A stretch of 64,000 bases of DNA, from the NCBI GenBank assembly GCA_951406725.2, contig OX597819.1, positions 89,342,001 to 89,406,000 on the forward strand, in the 5' to 3' direction. Below the pieces are notes generated by a model. That model was not told where the DNA came from and ran no database searches. It saw only the letters and a list, made by a program, of their open reading frames with translations. Numbering within the stretch: the first letter of the stretch is position 1; each line of letters starts with the position of its first letter. The position numbers and the translations under genes are program-made. This document shows positions 1 to 11,669 of the stretch, piece by piece. Origin of the DNA: Octopus vulgaris (Eukaryota).

Positions 1-140
1 TGTTCTTGAGCAAGGCACTTTATTTCACGTTGCTTCAGTTCACTCAACTGTAGAAGTGAGTTGTGACGTCACTGGTGCCAAGCTGTATAGGCCTTTGCCT
101 TTCCTTTGGATAACATTGGTGACATGAGAAGAGGAGGCCG
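1..140 (+). mobile_element. SINE family C fragment (tRNA-derived SINE body)
   Basis: TGTTCTTGAGCAAGGCACTTTATTTCACGTTGCTTCAGTTCACTCA motif recurs at ~1675-1725 and, inverted, at ~25800-25850. Confidence 0.6.
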
Positions 141-227
141 GCATGTATGGATGATAATAATAATAATAATAACAACATCATCGAAAAATACCTCAGGAAT
201 GAGAACCCAGGTTCGAAATTTCCCCAA

Positions 228-270
228 GACACCTGATGAAGGTTGGAGGGTACATCAGCTGAAATGTGTT
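228..270 (+). ncRNA. degenerate type I hammerhead ribozyme motif (Penelope-type repeat ~175-325)
   Basis: GACAC-CTGATGA-A-GGTTG..CAGCT-GAAA-T-GTGTT; stems I and II can form, stem III is eroded. Confidence 0.5.
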
Positions 271-328
271 AACAACAAACAAGATGAGGACAAAATATCT
301 GTCAAATGTAAATAATGTAAATAAAGAA

Positions 329-369
329 GCATTACATTTGACAGAATAATCTGAATGCTAAAGGGTTAA
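329..369. mobile_element. piggyBac-like terminus
   Basis: ends ...ATGCTAAAGGG followed by TTAA; partner end not seen. Confidence 0.4.
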
Positions 370-1134
370 AGTTATATGTATATACAGGCATTTATCATTC
401 AGCATACATATGTCTGTATCTGTGTGCTTGTATGTATGCAAGATTGTATGTTTACTGTCTTGTCTACACTAATGACCTTTTTGATAAGCTCTCACCTCTT
501 TGACACCCCGCACCACTTGCCTTTCTGGGGGGTGGGGGTTCTTGTCCCTTGCATCACACATCTCTATCATTCATCTGTCTATTGCCCATACCACTATCAC
601 CCATACCCTTTTTGCCTTTACTCTTATCTCCCTAGCTCTAGCTTCCTGTACCCACCCCTGTTATTTCATCTCTCACACACTCCTTCCCCTTATAAATCAC
701 ACTGGATGTATGCTATTGATATGACTAAGGATAAGTGGTTCTCTGTTCTGTTTGCTACACATTACTCTTTCTCTCTCTCTCTCACCCATGCACATGTTTT
801 CTGTTCTCCATACATTGCATTCTCTCATTGCTTTTGTTGCTTCTCTGCTCTGCAACATGCACTGCTTCCATTCACCCACAGTTATTACTGATCTCTCAGT
901 CATTCCCTTTTTCTTCTCGATTCTCACTATATTATATTTCAGTATGACTGAGGATAGCAGTGGATACCTCCTGTTTGCCATACATTGCTTCCATCGAGAA
1001 TGTCACAGTGCCACTTCTGACCCATACTTTCCAATTCACCTCCTTCATCACTCAAAGCCCTGCGTCTCATCTTATTGCCTATGTGTAGCTGGCTAAATCA
1101 GACCACTTTTGTCAATTACACTCTGCCATCACCA

Positions 1135-1296
1135 ACATCATCATTATCAACATTACTTTTACATCTGTCTTTCCATGCTGATATGGGTTAGATGAAACCA
1201 ATTGATGTAAATTCTCTGGAGTCTGGACTGCTCCCCAGCTGGATAGCTCCTGTCAAACCATTCAACCCATGGCAACATGGAAAATGGACTTTAAAC

Positions 1297-1333
<37 letters not shown>
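1135..1333. mobile_element. two opposed RTE-type 3' tails ending in (GAT)n
   Basis: AACCCATGGCAACATGGAAAATGGACTTTAAACGATGATG on + and a related tail on - at ~1135-1190. Confidence 0.45.
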
Positions 1334-1335
<2 letters not shown>

Positions 1336-1597
1336 AATACTTTACAGATTAAAAAATTATACAACAATCTTAGTGATTTATTTACAAGTATTAAGTGAAT
1401 TTGGTTTGTCTATTAGTAAAGCTTCAATAGTTGTTATTCATTTTTGTGGAATTCTTATGACTTGTAATGGCTCCATGTTATAAATGCGGGTCCTTTAATG
1501 ATGGAGTATTGTACTTGTGTGTCTGATGTAACAGTCTGAGTCATGAAGTTTACAACTTTCAAGTGTATATTGGAGTTTAGATATTACATTGTGAAAG

Positions 1598-1755
1598 AAT
1601 GTGACCTAGTGGATAGGATATTGCATTCACAGTCACTACATTGTGGTTTCAATTCTCAGAGTGGGCAGTGTGTTGTGTTCTTGAGCAAAACATTTCATTT
1701 CATATTGCTCCAGTCCACTCAGCAGTAAATTAGAGTAACTCTGCAATGGACCAAT
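1598..1755 (+). mobile_element. SINE family C, degraded
   Basis: A-box-like TGACCTAGTGG, B-box-like GGTTTCAATTC, body shared with 1-140. Confidence 0.55.
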
Positions 1756-2927
1756 TTTGATTACTTATATGCCATGAGAGCCAGGTAACTGGCCTGAAGA
1801 ATTCTAGGACCCAAGAATGAACTATGATTGTATATTACATTGGTTATCAGAATACGTATTCTATGGTTTGCTAGGTTTTAGTTTCATTTTAGGAGAAAGA
1901 AAGAGTGAGGAGGAAGGGATTATTAGATGCATTTGATTTAAACACATAATTATGAAAGTTTTCAACATTAAAGAATACAAAATATCTGGGAATTTAACGT
2001 GATAATGTACCTCTCAAACATTACTCACACAAGAATTATTGCAAAATTAATCCGAGATAACTTCATGCTGTCAAAAATAAGACATTAAGTTAAAAAAATA
2101 TTTATATAAAATGCATATATATATATATGTATGTATGTATATTCATGCAATTTTCAATTTCAACTTACGTTATAGAAGTCCCATCGTGGCTATTAATAAT
2201 AATTACATGCTTAAGAAAATTGAATATCTACAAAATTTAAGAGTTATCTCATGTTCGGAATTTAAAGCTAACACTAATCATCTCCGTAAAGAATATAATT
2301 TTCTAAAGCTAAAGAATTGAATTACTTTGAATAATAACCACTTTAGTTATGGTTATCTTCAACGCTCACTCACTAATTAAAGCTTTGACAATTATTTTAC
2401 AACACTTAGTCATTATATTTTTACGATCTCAAATAACAGTTTTTCAAAATCCTATTTATAAATTTCTCAAAAGTTAATTAATTCTATGAGATACATTATG
2501 AAATCCATTAAAAAAAAAAAACTCTTAAAAACTTGGAATTACATAATCCAGTCCTTATATAACAAAACAGAAATATGTTTAACTGAAAGATCCCTAATTA
2601 TAAAAGTACACTAGGTCTCTAATCCCTAACCAAGTAAACATTACAAATTTATATCAACACGATTAACAATACAGTCGTGTGTTATTTACAGCTTTTACCT
2701 GGGCTTATCTACGAATAGTTTTTTGCAGTTAATGATCTATGACAATTATATATGATATAATCAAAGGAAATACATTTTATCTTTCTTACGTAACAACATA
2801 AAAAATCAAAAGTCAGTGAGTACTTAAGTGGCCTTATGTAATTTTTAAAAGAATTTCAGCGTGGTTTGCACTAAAGTTCTGTTACCTGGTAATAGATATA
2901 TTAAAAATAAAACTGTTATTTAAGAAT

Positions 2928-2976
<49 letters not shown>

Positions 2977-3406
2977 GCACGCAGATAGACAGACAGACCA
3001 CATTAGATGGCATAAGCATTAATGATTCAAGTTATAACTGTGAGACTGGAATCTTATAAAAAAAATATTTACTATTTTAACAATCAGAAAATAGCAAACG
3101 GCGACAATTAAAAACATTTTATGTCCGAATCGTTGTGAGTCATGCTTGTTTAGGTCAAAAATATTCTCATAGTTTTGAGGTTGTTGAGTACTTATAACAG
3201 GCGTCTAGTCGAGGATATTTTTGTCGTAAATATTTTGTTTTTCATGTTAGATTTTCTTTTGATTCCTTTTCATTTTCTTTCTGTCGTCTTTCTGTTTAGC
3301 TGAAAATTATCAGTATTTTTCTTTTTAACTTTTTTCCCCCAAGAACTTTATTAGTATCATTCAACAGAATCACCTTCAACCTGAACTTGAAACTGCATAT
3401 CTATTA

Positions 3407-3555
3407 CAGGGGCGGACCCAAGGGGTGGGGGACGAGGGGCACGTGCTCCACTCAGGAAAAGAAGTGCGCCCTTCTAAATAATGTTATTATTCTCCTTTCT
3501 CCTGGAATTGTATTTCCTTTTGACCTTGTGCCTTCCCTTCTTGGGACCGCACCTG
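3407..3555. mobile_element. short MITE
   Basis: imperfect TIRs CAGGGGCGGACCCAAG / CTTGGGACCGCACCTG, flanked by TA. Confidence 0.55.
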
Positions 3556-3596
3556 TATTTGGCTAGACTAGTTTATCATCGCTATTAGTCGGTGAT

Positions 3597-3765
3597 GGTG
3601 GCGACCTGGAAGAAACGTAACTACGCCAGGCAAAATGCTTAGCGGTATTTCGTCCGTCTATATGGTCTGAGCTCAAATGCCGCCAGGGTCGATTTTGCTT
3701 TCATCTTTTCCAGTTTGATAAAATAGGTGCTAGTTGAACACTGGAGTCGATGTAAACGACTTATC
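3597..3765 (+). mobile_element. SINE family A, degraded
   Basis: similar to the GGCGGCGAGCTGGCAGAAACGTTAGCACG...CTTTCATCCTTTCGGGGTCGATAAA consensus seen many times in the window. Confidence 0.7.
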
Positions 3766-4150
3766 GGATCTTTACCTTTTGACCGACAGATTTTAAAAAT
3801 AATTTTCTGTAACTAAACACTTTCAAACTTTGGACACTGGTAGAATCTGTCATATAAAACGTCCTTTACTCTTAGCATTTTTAAGAAAAAACTTATATTT
3901 ACGAAGTTATTTCACGTTAAAGTTGTCCTATTTCGGTAATTTCAACCAATCAATGACGTGTATTCAGCTGAATAAAATTATTGCTGTTGTTTGTCAACAA
4001 GAACTTCCGGTGGTGTATATTTCGTTTGTCACTGTTATTTATGACAACACTAACCCTAAAGCCAGCCTTAACCCTTACCCTAACCCTAACCCTAACTCTA
4101 AAACCCTAACCCTAACCCTAAAACCTTAAAGCTAAAACCAATACAAACGC
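3766..4150 (-). mobile_element. truncated Merlin-type MITE relative with (CCCTAA)n
   Basis: starts GGATCTTTACCTTTTGACCGACAG; internal similarity to 34906-35321; CCCTAA tract ~4050-4125. Confidence 0.6.
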
Positions 4151-4151
4151 A

Positions 4152-4925
4152 CGAAGGTCAAACTCTCCAATTGCTTCTCCTCTGCCTGTATAATGAGGTC
4201 CAGTGTTTTTCCTCTCCATTCTCCGTCCTCCGTTTCCGTGGTTTGGAGGACAGCCACCTCCGCCTCACTTCCAACGAGGACAAATGCCGCAACACAAGCC
4301 ACTTCTATATCGGGTGGAATTCCTTCTACCCTCACCTTAGAAGTCTTTCTTCCAAGGCACGTGGGTAGAAGTACCACTTCCTCCGTTTTTACAGTTGCAC
4401 TTGCCAGCCTCTTTGCCTCCTCCGCTGTCCTAAACTGGACAACCACCGTCCCATATCCTTTTCCTTACGCTATGTATGTCACTTCCTTCGCAAGCCCCTT
4501 CAATGTTTTTTCTACTTTTTCCATCTCCATCCGCTCCACCTTCCTACTCTCCCCTGAGTACACCTAGTAGGTAATGGTCTTCTTTTCCATATTTTCCATA
4601 AACCCTTTTCAGGGGTAATAACTTTACGTCACCGCCCACCTTCTGTGTCATCTTACTCAGCTCCTTCAGTCCGGCTAGGTCCACCTCCCTTTTCTTCACC
4701 TCTGCAGCATCAGCAAAACTCTTTACTCTTTCCAAATGCTCGTCCATTCTATTTACCGCCTTAACGAGCTCCTCCTCCACTGAGGACAGCTCATACTCGC
4801 TAAGGTCCGAAGACATTCCTTTCTACCGGTACAACACTCACCGACAAACCGCTGCCAAGCAGCACAAAAAAATTCCGTCCAACTCGTCAAAAATCAACTC
4901 AGCAAATAGACCGACGTATGTGCGA
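4152..4925 (-). mobile_element. 5' end (UTR plus disrupted ORF1) of a Tx1/L1-like non-LTR retrotransposon
   Basis: ORF pieces 4544-4816 and 4132-4446 (coiled-coil, then VVQF..AEEAK..L, KVRVEGIPPDI RRM-like ORF1 motifs) with a frameshift. Confidence 0.6.
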
Positions 4926-4927
4926 GA

Positions 4928-4960
4928 AGCAAGCTTCTTACCACACAGCCGCACCTGCGT
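4928..4960 (-). mobile_element. SINE family B head only
   Basis: CGCAGGTGCGGCTGTGTGGTAAGAAGCTTGCTTC matches the head of the copy at 8829. Confidence 0.7.
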
Positions 4961-5402
4961 CTATTAAACACTTATTTTATCGACCCCAGCAGGATAAAAG
5001 ATATAATCAAATCTGGCAAGTTTTGAACTCGCAATGGAGAGGAATAAATATAACCTAACATTCAGTACTTAGCTGCTTCTGTTATCTTGATAGTGCTTAT
5101 AAAAATCTATATAATTGACAAGTGTTTTCATAAGTGTATGAAGCTGGCTTCAAAATTTGACTGGTAAATTTTACCAACTGAAAGTCGTTACGGAGTTGCT
5201 TCATCTCTTGAAGTTTTCACTGAAGTGCTAACATGATTTAAGTGTTACATAACAGACAGTAATTAGAATTGACAAAATTAATTCCGAACTGAACAAACAG
5301 AGAAAGACTGGGAAAAAATAAAGTAAAAAAAAAAACAAACAAAAAAACTCTGGGAGTATAAATTGAACATAATAATAATAATGATGATAATAATAATAAC
5401 AA

Positions 5403-5794
5403 CCCTTTTTGCTATAGGCACAATGCCTGAAATTTAGTGGGAGGGGGCTTTGTCAATTACATCGGCCCAGTGCGTAAATGGTACTTAATTTATCGACCCC
5501 GAAAGGATGAAAGGCAAAGTCGACCTCAGTGGAATTTGAACTCAGAATGTAGCGGCAGACGAAATACCTATTTCTTTACTACCCACAAGGGGCTAAACAC
5601 AGAGAGGACAAACAAGGACAGACAAACGGATCAAATCGATTATATCGACCCCAGTGCGTAACTTGTACTTATTTAATCGACCCCGAAAGGATGAAAGGCA
5701 AAGTCGACCTCGGCGGAATTTGAACACAGAACGTAGCGGCAGACGAAATACCGCTAAGTATTTTGCCCGTCGTATTTTGCCAGCTCACCACCTT
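5403..5794 (-). mobile_element. SINE family A dimer (young-tail unit plus old-tail unit)
   Basis: two body copies joined at AAGAAATAG|GTATTTCG (~5568). Confidence 0.85.
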
Positions 5795-5816
5795 AATAAT
5801 AATAATAATAATAATA

Positions 5817-5872
<56 letters not shown>

Positions 5873-5886
5873 GGTGGTGGTGGTGG
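5795..5886. repeat. (AAT)n(GAT)n(GGT)n compound microsatellite
   Basis: direct reading. Confidence 0.95.
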
Positions 5887-7085
5887 TTTTGTATTGACCA
5901 CTAGGGCCGAACACACACAAAAAGGGACACTAGAAAATAAGGGATAAATGAGGCTTAGCACAAAATACGTGCATACAATAAAACAAGAACAATTAACAAC
6001 AAAAATTCAACAATAAGATTCCTGGAAAAAGGGAGTTCCACTGAGGATCAACCAAGGTTCCCCACATATCCTGGTCACCCCGACCACCTCTGCAGGTACT
6101 TCGCTCTTCTCAACCCCTCTGTTTACAAGTGTGTGTTCAGAGTAGGCCCATTCACACGAGTCGTTCTCGTCATATTCACCCACCTTTCGACAAAAATACC
6201 AGGGGGCAGCACTTCTCTCGTCATCTTCACTCTCGTTTTCGAGTGGAACTCGAAAAAGTCGAAAAGGAAAGTATCTGTCTTCGATCCTTTCAACCTCGTC
6301 CACTACACTACCTCTTTCGCCATAGCCACAAGATAGAGAAACTGCCTTCCTTTCCGGGCCAAAAGAAAGTGGCGGAGTATAACTCCTGATGGACTCGGCT
6401 GATAAATGGACCCATCCTACACGCGTCAACTGCTGTTCGACAGAGTTTCACCAATCAGCAATGCATGAACTCTGGACAAGTGCATGCAGAACGGTTTCAT
6501 CGCCCTGCGCACATCTTGGACAGGCCCGTCTAACAGCACTTCTGTGAACCGGCAAAGTTCCCCGGTAACATTGTCAGGGCAGGAATTTCTGAAAATTATC
6601 CATAGGCCCCGACCTAAAAGTCCTCCGGAAAAGACCAGCTAACTGATCCCTCTCAACGCCCAGAGTTTCTCCGAGGACATCGTTGCTCTTGCCCGCCACT
6701 AATCCCCTTTAGAACTCCAATGTGGAATTTCCACCACCCGTATTTCCCGACTAGCAGAAAGCTGTGATCGCATGCCGACATTCCAGGTACCAAGCGTCTT
6801 TTCTTGGCCTACGCTTAATTCAGGACGAGCTGCGGAAAATCATGTCTGACAAAGGCCGACCACACTTACTTACCGTTAAGATAACGCTGGAGACATCGCA
6901 GCCTCATTAGCTATGGTATGCCCAGTCCTCCACTTCACAGCTGCTGAAAGCAGATAGACCTCACGAACGGAACACTGAAAACGGAGGTTTGATCTTCCAA
7001 GAAGCAAGGCAAGGAATGACGGTTAGGCGGCAGTAGATGATGGAAGCAATGTACGCATTGGATTTACCAGGTGCCCATTCTTAGT
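5887..7085 (-). mobile_element. 3' part of a Tx1-clade LINE (decayed ORF2 C-terminus plus 3' UTR)
   Basis: minus strand reads CPRCAQGDETVLHAL (zf-RVT-like motif) continuing into ORF 6007-6429; 3' end runs into (CCA)n. Confidence 0.75.
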
Positions 7086-8554
7086 CTTTGCTTCATCCAG
7101 AGATGAGCCATGAGAAAACGCTAAGATATTCATTCATAGGAATCCCATTCATAGGATATCAAACGTGTTTTATGGTATCTTACTCTCATCACTGCTGGTT
7201 TCTATCGCAATTTACTTTCATTTTTTTACGACAATTTTCTTTCACTTTTTATGAGAGTAAACTGCATATTAACCAGGAAGGGCACATTACAAAGATATTT
7301 CCTTGATAAGTGTAGCAATTGTTCCTTGTCAAAAGAAAGCGTTTATACAATGTTGTAACTCCTCAGAGTCGTGACATGCGTGCCTCGGCAAAATGAGATG
7401 GATAGATTCTGAATGTCGGGTACAGCTTAAAGGTTACAGCTTTTCTTTGGAGCTTAAGTATTTAATAGGATGATGTCAATACCACAGTGTAATAAATTCG
7501 ACTCTTTATTCCCATATGTTGCTTTGGAAATTATGAGTCAGCTCATTTTCATAATACTCTTCCAGATGCGTGTTGATAAATTTATTTCACTGGATACGTT
7601 ATGAGCTATGACGAAAGTGTTGGTTCTTAGAGAAACTACCTCGCTTATGGTGATGCGAAATATGTTACAGACATGTAAACCTCGTCCCATGATTCAGTAG
7701 AATGATTCTATGGCATTCAACGTTTATCCCCGTCAATAGATATTAAAAAAAAATTCAAAAAGAAACAAAAACTAAATAACTAACTGTAATTACAGCTGTG
7801 TGTGGGAAGCGATCCTTATGTCTTTGCTATCAGCACCAAAGGAAAAAAAAAAAAAGCAAAAAAAGAGACGTATTTCGCTTCGGTGATCACTTAAAAGCAA
7901 TCGTATTTATAAACCCGATCCTATAACACGAGAATATGAATAAACATATTTAATACAAGCATAATCGCATACATGAATATGCGTATACATTCATATATAT
8001 ATACTAACATTCATATCGATATACATACACTGCTGTATATAAAAAGGCACACAAATGGCTATGCTTATAAACACACACACACACACACAACTGTAATCAC
8101 ACTCACATTTACATATTCGGTGTACCACTCCCGCACATATGTGCATACATAGAGACAGACAATCTGTGCGCGCGCGTATATTTCTGTGTGTGTTTGTGTA
8201 TGAATGAGTCGTTACTTTTTGTCCGTTTATTTTATTGCTATTATGTTATTTTTTTTTTATCTTTTGCTCAAAAAAACAAAAAAAAAAAAACAAAAAAAAA
8301 ACCTTTATCAATCCGATGCTTATTTCCGGTTGAAAATTCTCCTTCACAGTAGTACGGATATTAATAAGGTAGTCGGAAGTAATAGAGAACGACTATATAA
8401 CACGCACGCACAGACACACCTACACACATATACCACACCTTCATACACACACACACACACACTCTCTCTGATGAAATCAGTAAAAAGAGGTCGAAGTGTA
8501 TGGAAATCATCCGGTACCTGAAACTTGTATCCATTATAAAAAAAGGATCTCTGA

Positions 8555-8828
<274 letters not shown>

Positions 8829-9180
8829 AGGCGCAGGAGTGGCTGTGTGGTAAGTAGCTTGCTAACCAACCACATGGTTCCGGGTTCAGTCCCACTGCGT
8901 GGCATCTTGGGCAAGTGTCTTCTGCTATAGCCCCGGGCCGACCAAAGCCTTGTGAGTGGATTTGGTAGACGGAAACTGAAAGAAGCCTGTCGTATATATG
9001 TATATATATGTGTGTATGTGTGTGTGTATGTCTGTGTTTGTCCCCCTAGCATTGCTTGACAACCGTGTGTTTACGTCCCCGTCACTTAGCGGTTCGGCAA
9101 AAGAGACCGATAAAATAAGTATCGACTAAAGGCGGTGCTCCAGCATGGCCGCAGTCAAATGACTGAAACAAGTAAAAGAA
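8829..9180 (+). mobile_element. SINE family B (tRNA head, CORE-like block, internal microsatellite)
   Basis: A box TGGCTGTGTGG, B box GGTTCAGTCCC, TTGGGCAAGTGTCTT block, tail ATGACTGAAACAAGTAAAAGA; about 9 copies in the window. Confidence 0.9.
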
Positions 9181-9337
9181 TAAAAAAGAATAAAGAATAT
9201 ATATATATATATATATAATGCATATATGGGTACAGGACGTCTACCAGCTATATATATATATGTGTGTGTGTGTGCATGCATGTATGTATGTATGTATGTA
9301 TGTATGTACGTATGTATGTATGTATGAATGTGTGTAT

Positions 9338-9382
<45 letters not shown>

Positions 9383-9662
9383 GTATGAATGTATATAGCT
9401 ACAGTGTTTGACTATAATTAGCGCCATCCATTTGAAAATAGCAACCTGCATTCTCAGTGAGTATCCAATAAGTCCAGACCGAATATTGATTAGTTGTTGT
9501 TGTTGTTGTTGTTGTTATTGTTTAACCCGGGGTGAGTCCTACTCCACCAGACCTATAAATCAAAGGCTAAAACCACCTTGTCTTTTTTCTCTTTTTGCTT
9601 TCTTTCTTTTCTTTTCTTATTTATTTATCCTTTTTCAGAAAGTGCATTTAGTACAATATTCG

Positions 9663-10097
9663 TGATCTTTTCGGTTTGAACGGCAGTTTTTTTCTAGCGG
9701 TGTCATATGAAATTGTCACCCATAATTATGACCCTAGTATCGATCTATCGCATTTCAATCTCTTTTAGGGTTAGGGTTAGGGTTAGGGTTAGGGTTAGGG
9801 GTGGGGGAAGGGTATCTTTAATACTTCAGAAATGTAAATAAACCCAATCTGTTTCTTAAACGGGGGACATATTCATACGGCACAGAATGTTTTCACCTCA
9901 ATAGACGTCATTGATTGGTTGAAATTGCAGAAATTGAAGAAAACCCCCCACAAATATCTTACAAACCATAGAATTCTCTCAATAAAGCTAAGAGAAAAAG
10001 ATGTTTTATAAACACATTCTACCAGTATACGAAGTTTAAACGTGTTTAGTTACGTGGAAATCATTTTAAAAAACTGCCGGTCAAACCGAAAAGATCC
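9663..10097 (+). mobile_element. Merlin-type MITE with internal (TTAGGG)n
   Basis: TIRs GATCTTTTCGGTTTGAACGGCAGTTTTT / AAAAACTGCCGGTCAAACCGAAAAGATCC. Confidence 0.85.
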
Positions 10098-10206
10098 ATT
10101 TTCTCTAATTCACCATACATTTTTGTTGTTAAGACTGTGCAGTGTGATTTGTGGGGTATATAGGTTACTATTTCTAGCGGATAGTGTAACCGAACACTGG
10201 TTCCCT

Positions 10207-10400
10207 TATCTTTTACTTGCGTCAGTCATTGGACTGCGGCCTTGCTGTGGCACCGCCTTGAAGGGTTCAGTAGAACAGATCGACTCTAGGACTTATTTTA
10301 AAAGCCTGGTACTTATTCCAGTGGAGTCCCTTTGCTGAATCACTAGATTAAGGGGATGTAAACAAATAAACACCGGTTGTTGAACGGTGGGAGAGGACAA
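10207..10400 (-). mobile_element. SINE family B, 3' half
   Basis: reverse complement of the family B tail; followed by a TCTG/CCTG/TCTA array to ~10632. Confidence 0.7.
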
Positions 10401-10481
10401 CCCTTCCTCTCTCTCTCTCATACACACTCACATCTCTCTATCCCTTCAGCTGTCTTTCTGTCTGTCTGTCTGTCTGTCTGT

Positions 10482-10609
<128 letters not shown>

Positions 10610-11669
10610 TTGTCTGTCTGTTTGTCTGTCTCTATATATGAAAGTGAACGATAATGATGATGATGTCTCACATGGTCACAAGGCCAAGAATATCATGGAA
10701 GGAGAACCGGCATTAAACCAAACCTCTGCCAGTCTTGTGGTATGACGTGATACACAGAAGATATTTCCCTAGCGTCCCATCATTTTATATGATACTCATT
10801 CCTAATTTTCTTCCAATCACCTGAATAAGTTCAGACTTACGAAAGGAATGCTTTATATGACTCAGAACGTACGAAAAGAGGTAACTTAAAAGGGTTGAAA
10901 ACAATCCATGGATGTTTAGGACAAACTTATGAAAATACTTTGGATAGGCAAAGGGTGAAATCAATTCAGTTTTACATTGGTCCTTATTTTGTTACCTTTT
11001 GAATGGTTTAAGACAACGTTGACTCAAACTGGATTTGAACACAGACCACAACATGACGTAATAAAATATTTGCAGAACATTTATCGTCAGTATCCGATTC
11101 TGCCACGCTACTACGCTTCTCGGCTAATGGATAATCAGATACTGAAACCTTGTTTATAATTCTAAGCAAGTGTAATTATATATTTCGGTAATTCCAGTGG
11201 CTGTGATATTAATAACGTTTTCTACTCACGTTCTATATCACTCGGTGATTTATGTATTTCAAATATGCTAATTTATTCGCCTGTTCGTGTACATTATTTT
11301 ACATCTAATAATAAATGCTGCCGACGTCTCTGTGTATTTAGGTAACAATTCTATCACTCTCTTTAGCCAAGCTGAAACTCTCACCGTCTCTAAAGGAGAC
11401 CTGATACTTCAGTTTTTCAACTCGGAAGATAAGAAATAGAAATTGCGAGTCAGAAGGTGGAGAGGGAGAGGGACGAAAGGGAAAAGGTGAGGCACAGTTG
11501 TTCAGAATTGTTCATTGGCAGACAATTTTGTTAAACAGGGAACTGTTGGAGATAGAAGTCTCTTATAAATGAAGGCTCTATTTGCTATTTGGAAAAAATT
11601 AGTTCCTAATATACAAACCGGGATTGTAACTGTTACAAAGCTTTTCATTACAGTTTTGTTTACTACGAG

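Noticed and set aside
376-1096. Overlapping ORFs of 70-170 aa
   Set aside because: Pyrimidine-rich low-complexity sequence with no recognisable domain; probably a decayed repeat
2699-2886. Minus-strand exon between splice-like signals
   Set aside because: No sustained reading frame seen, and such signals are common by chance in AT-rich DNA
4050-4125. Telomere or chromosome-fusion scar (CCCTAA)n
   Set aside because: The short tract sits at a fixed position inside a dispersed MITE family
4152-7085. Single intact Tx1 element
   Set aside because: The order on the minus strand is 3' end first, then 5' end, separated by SINEs, so these are two insertions
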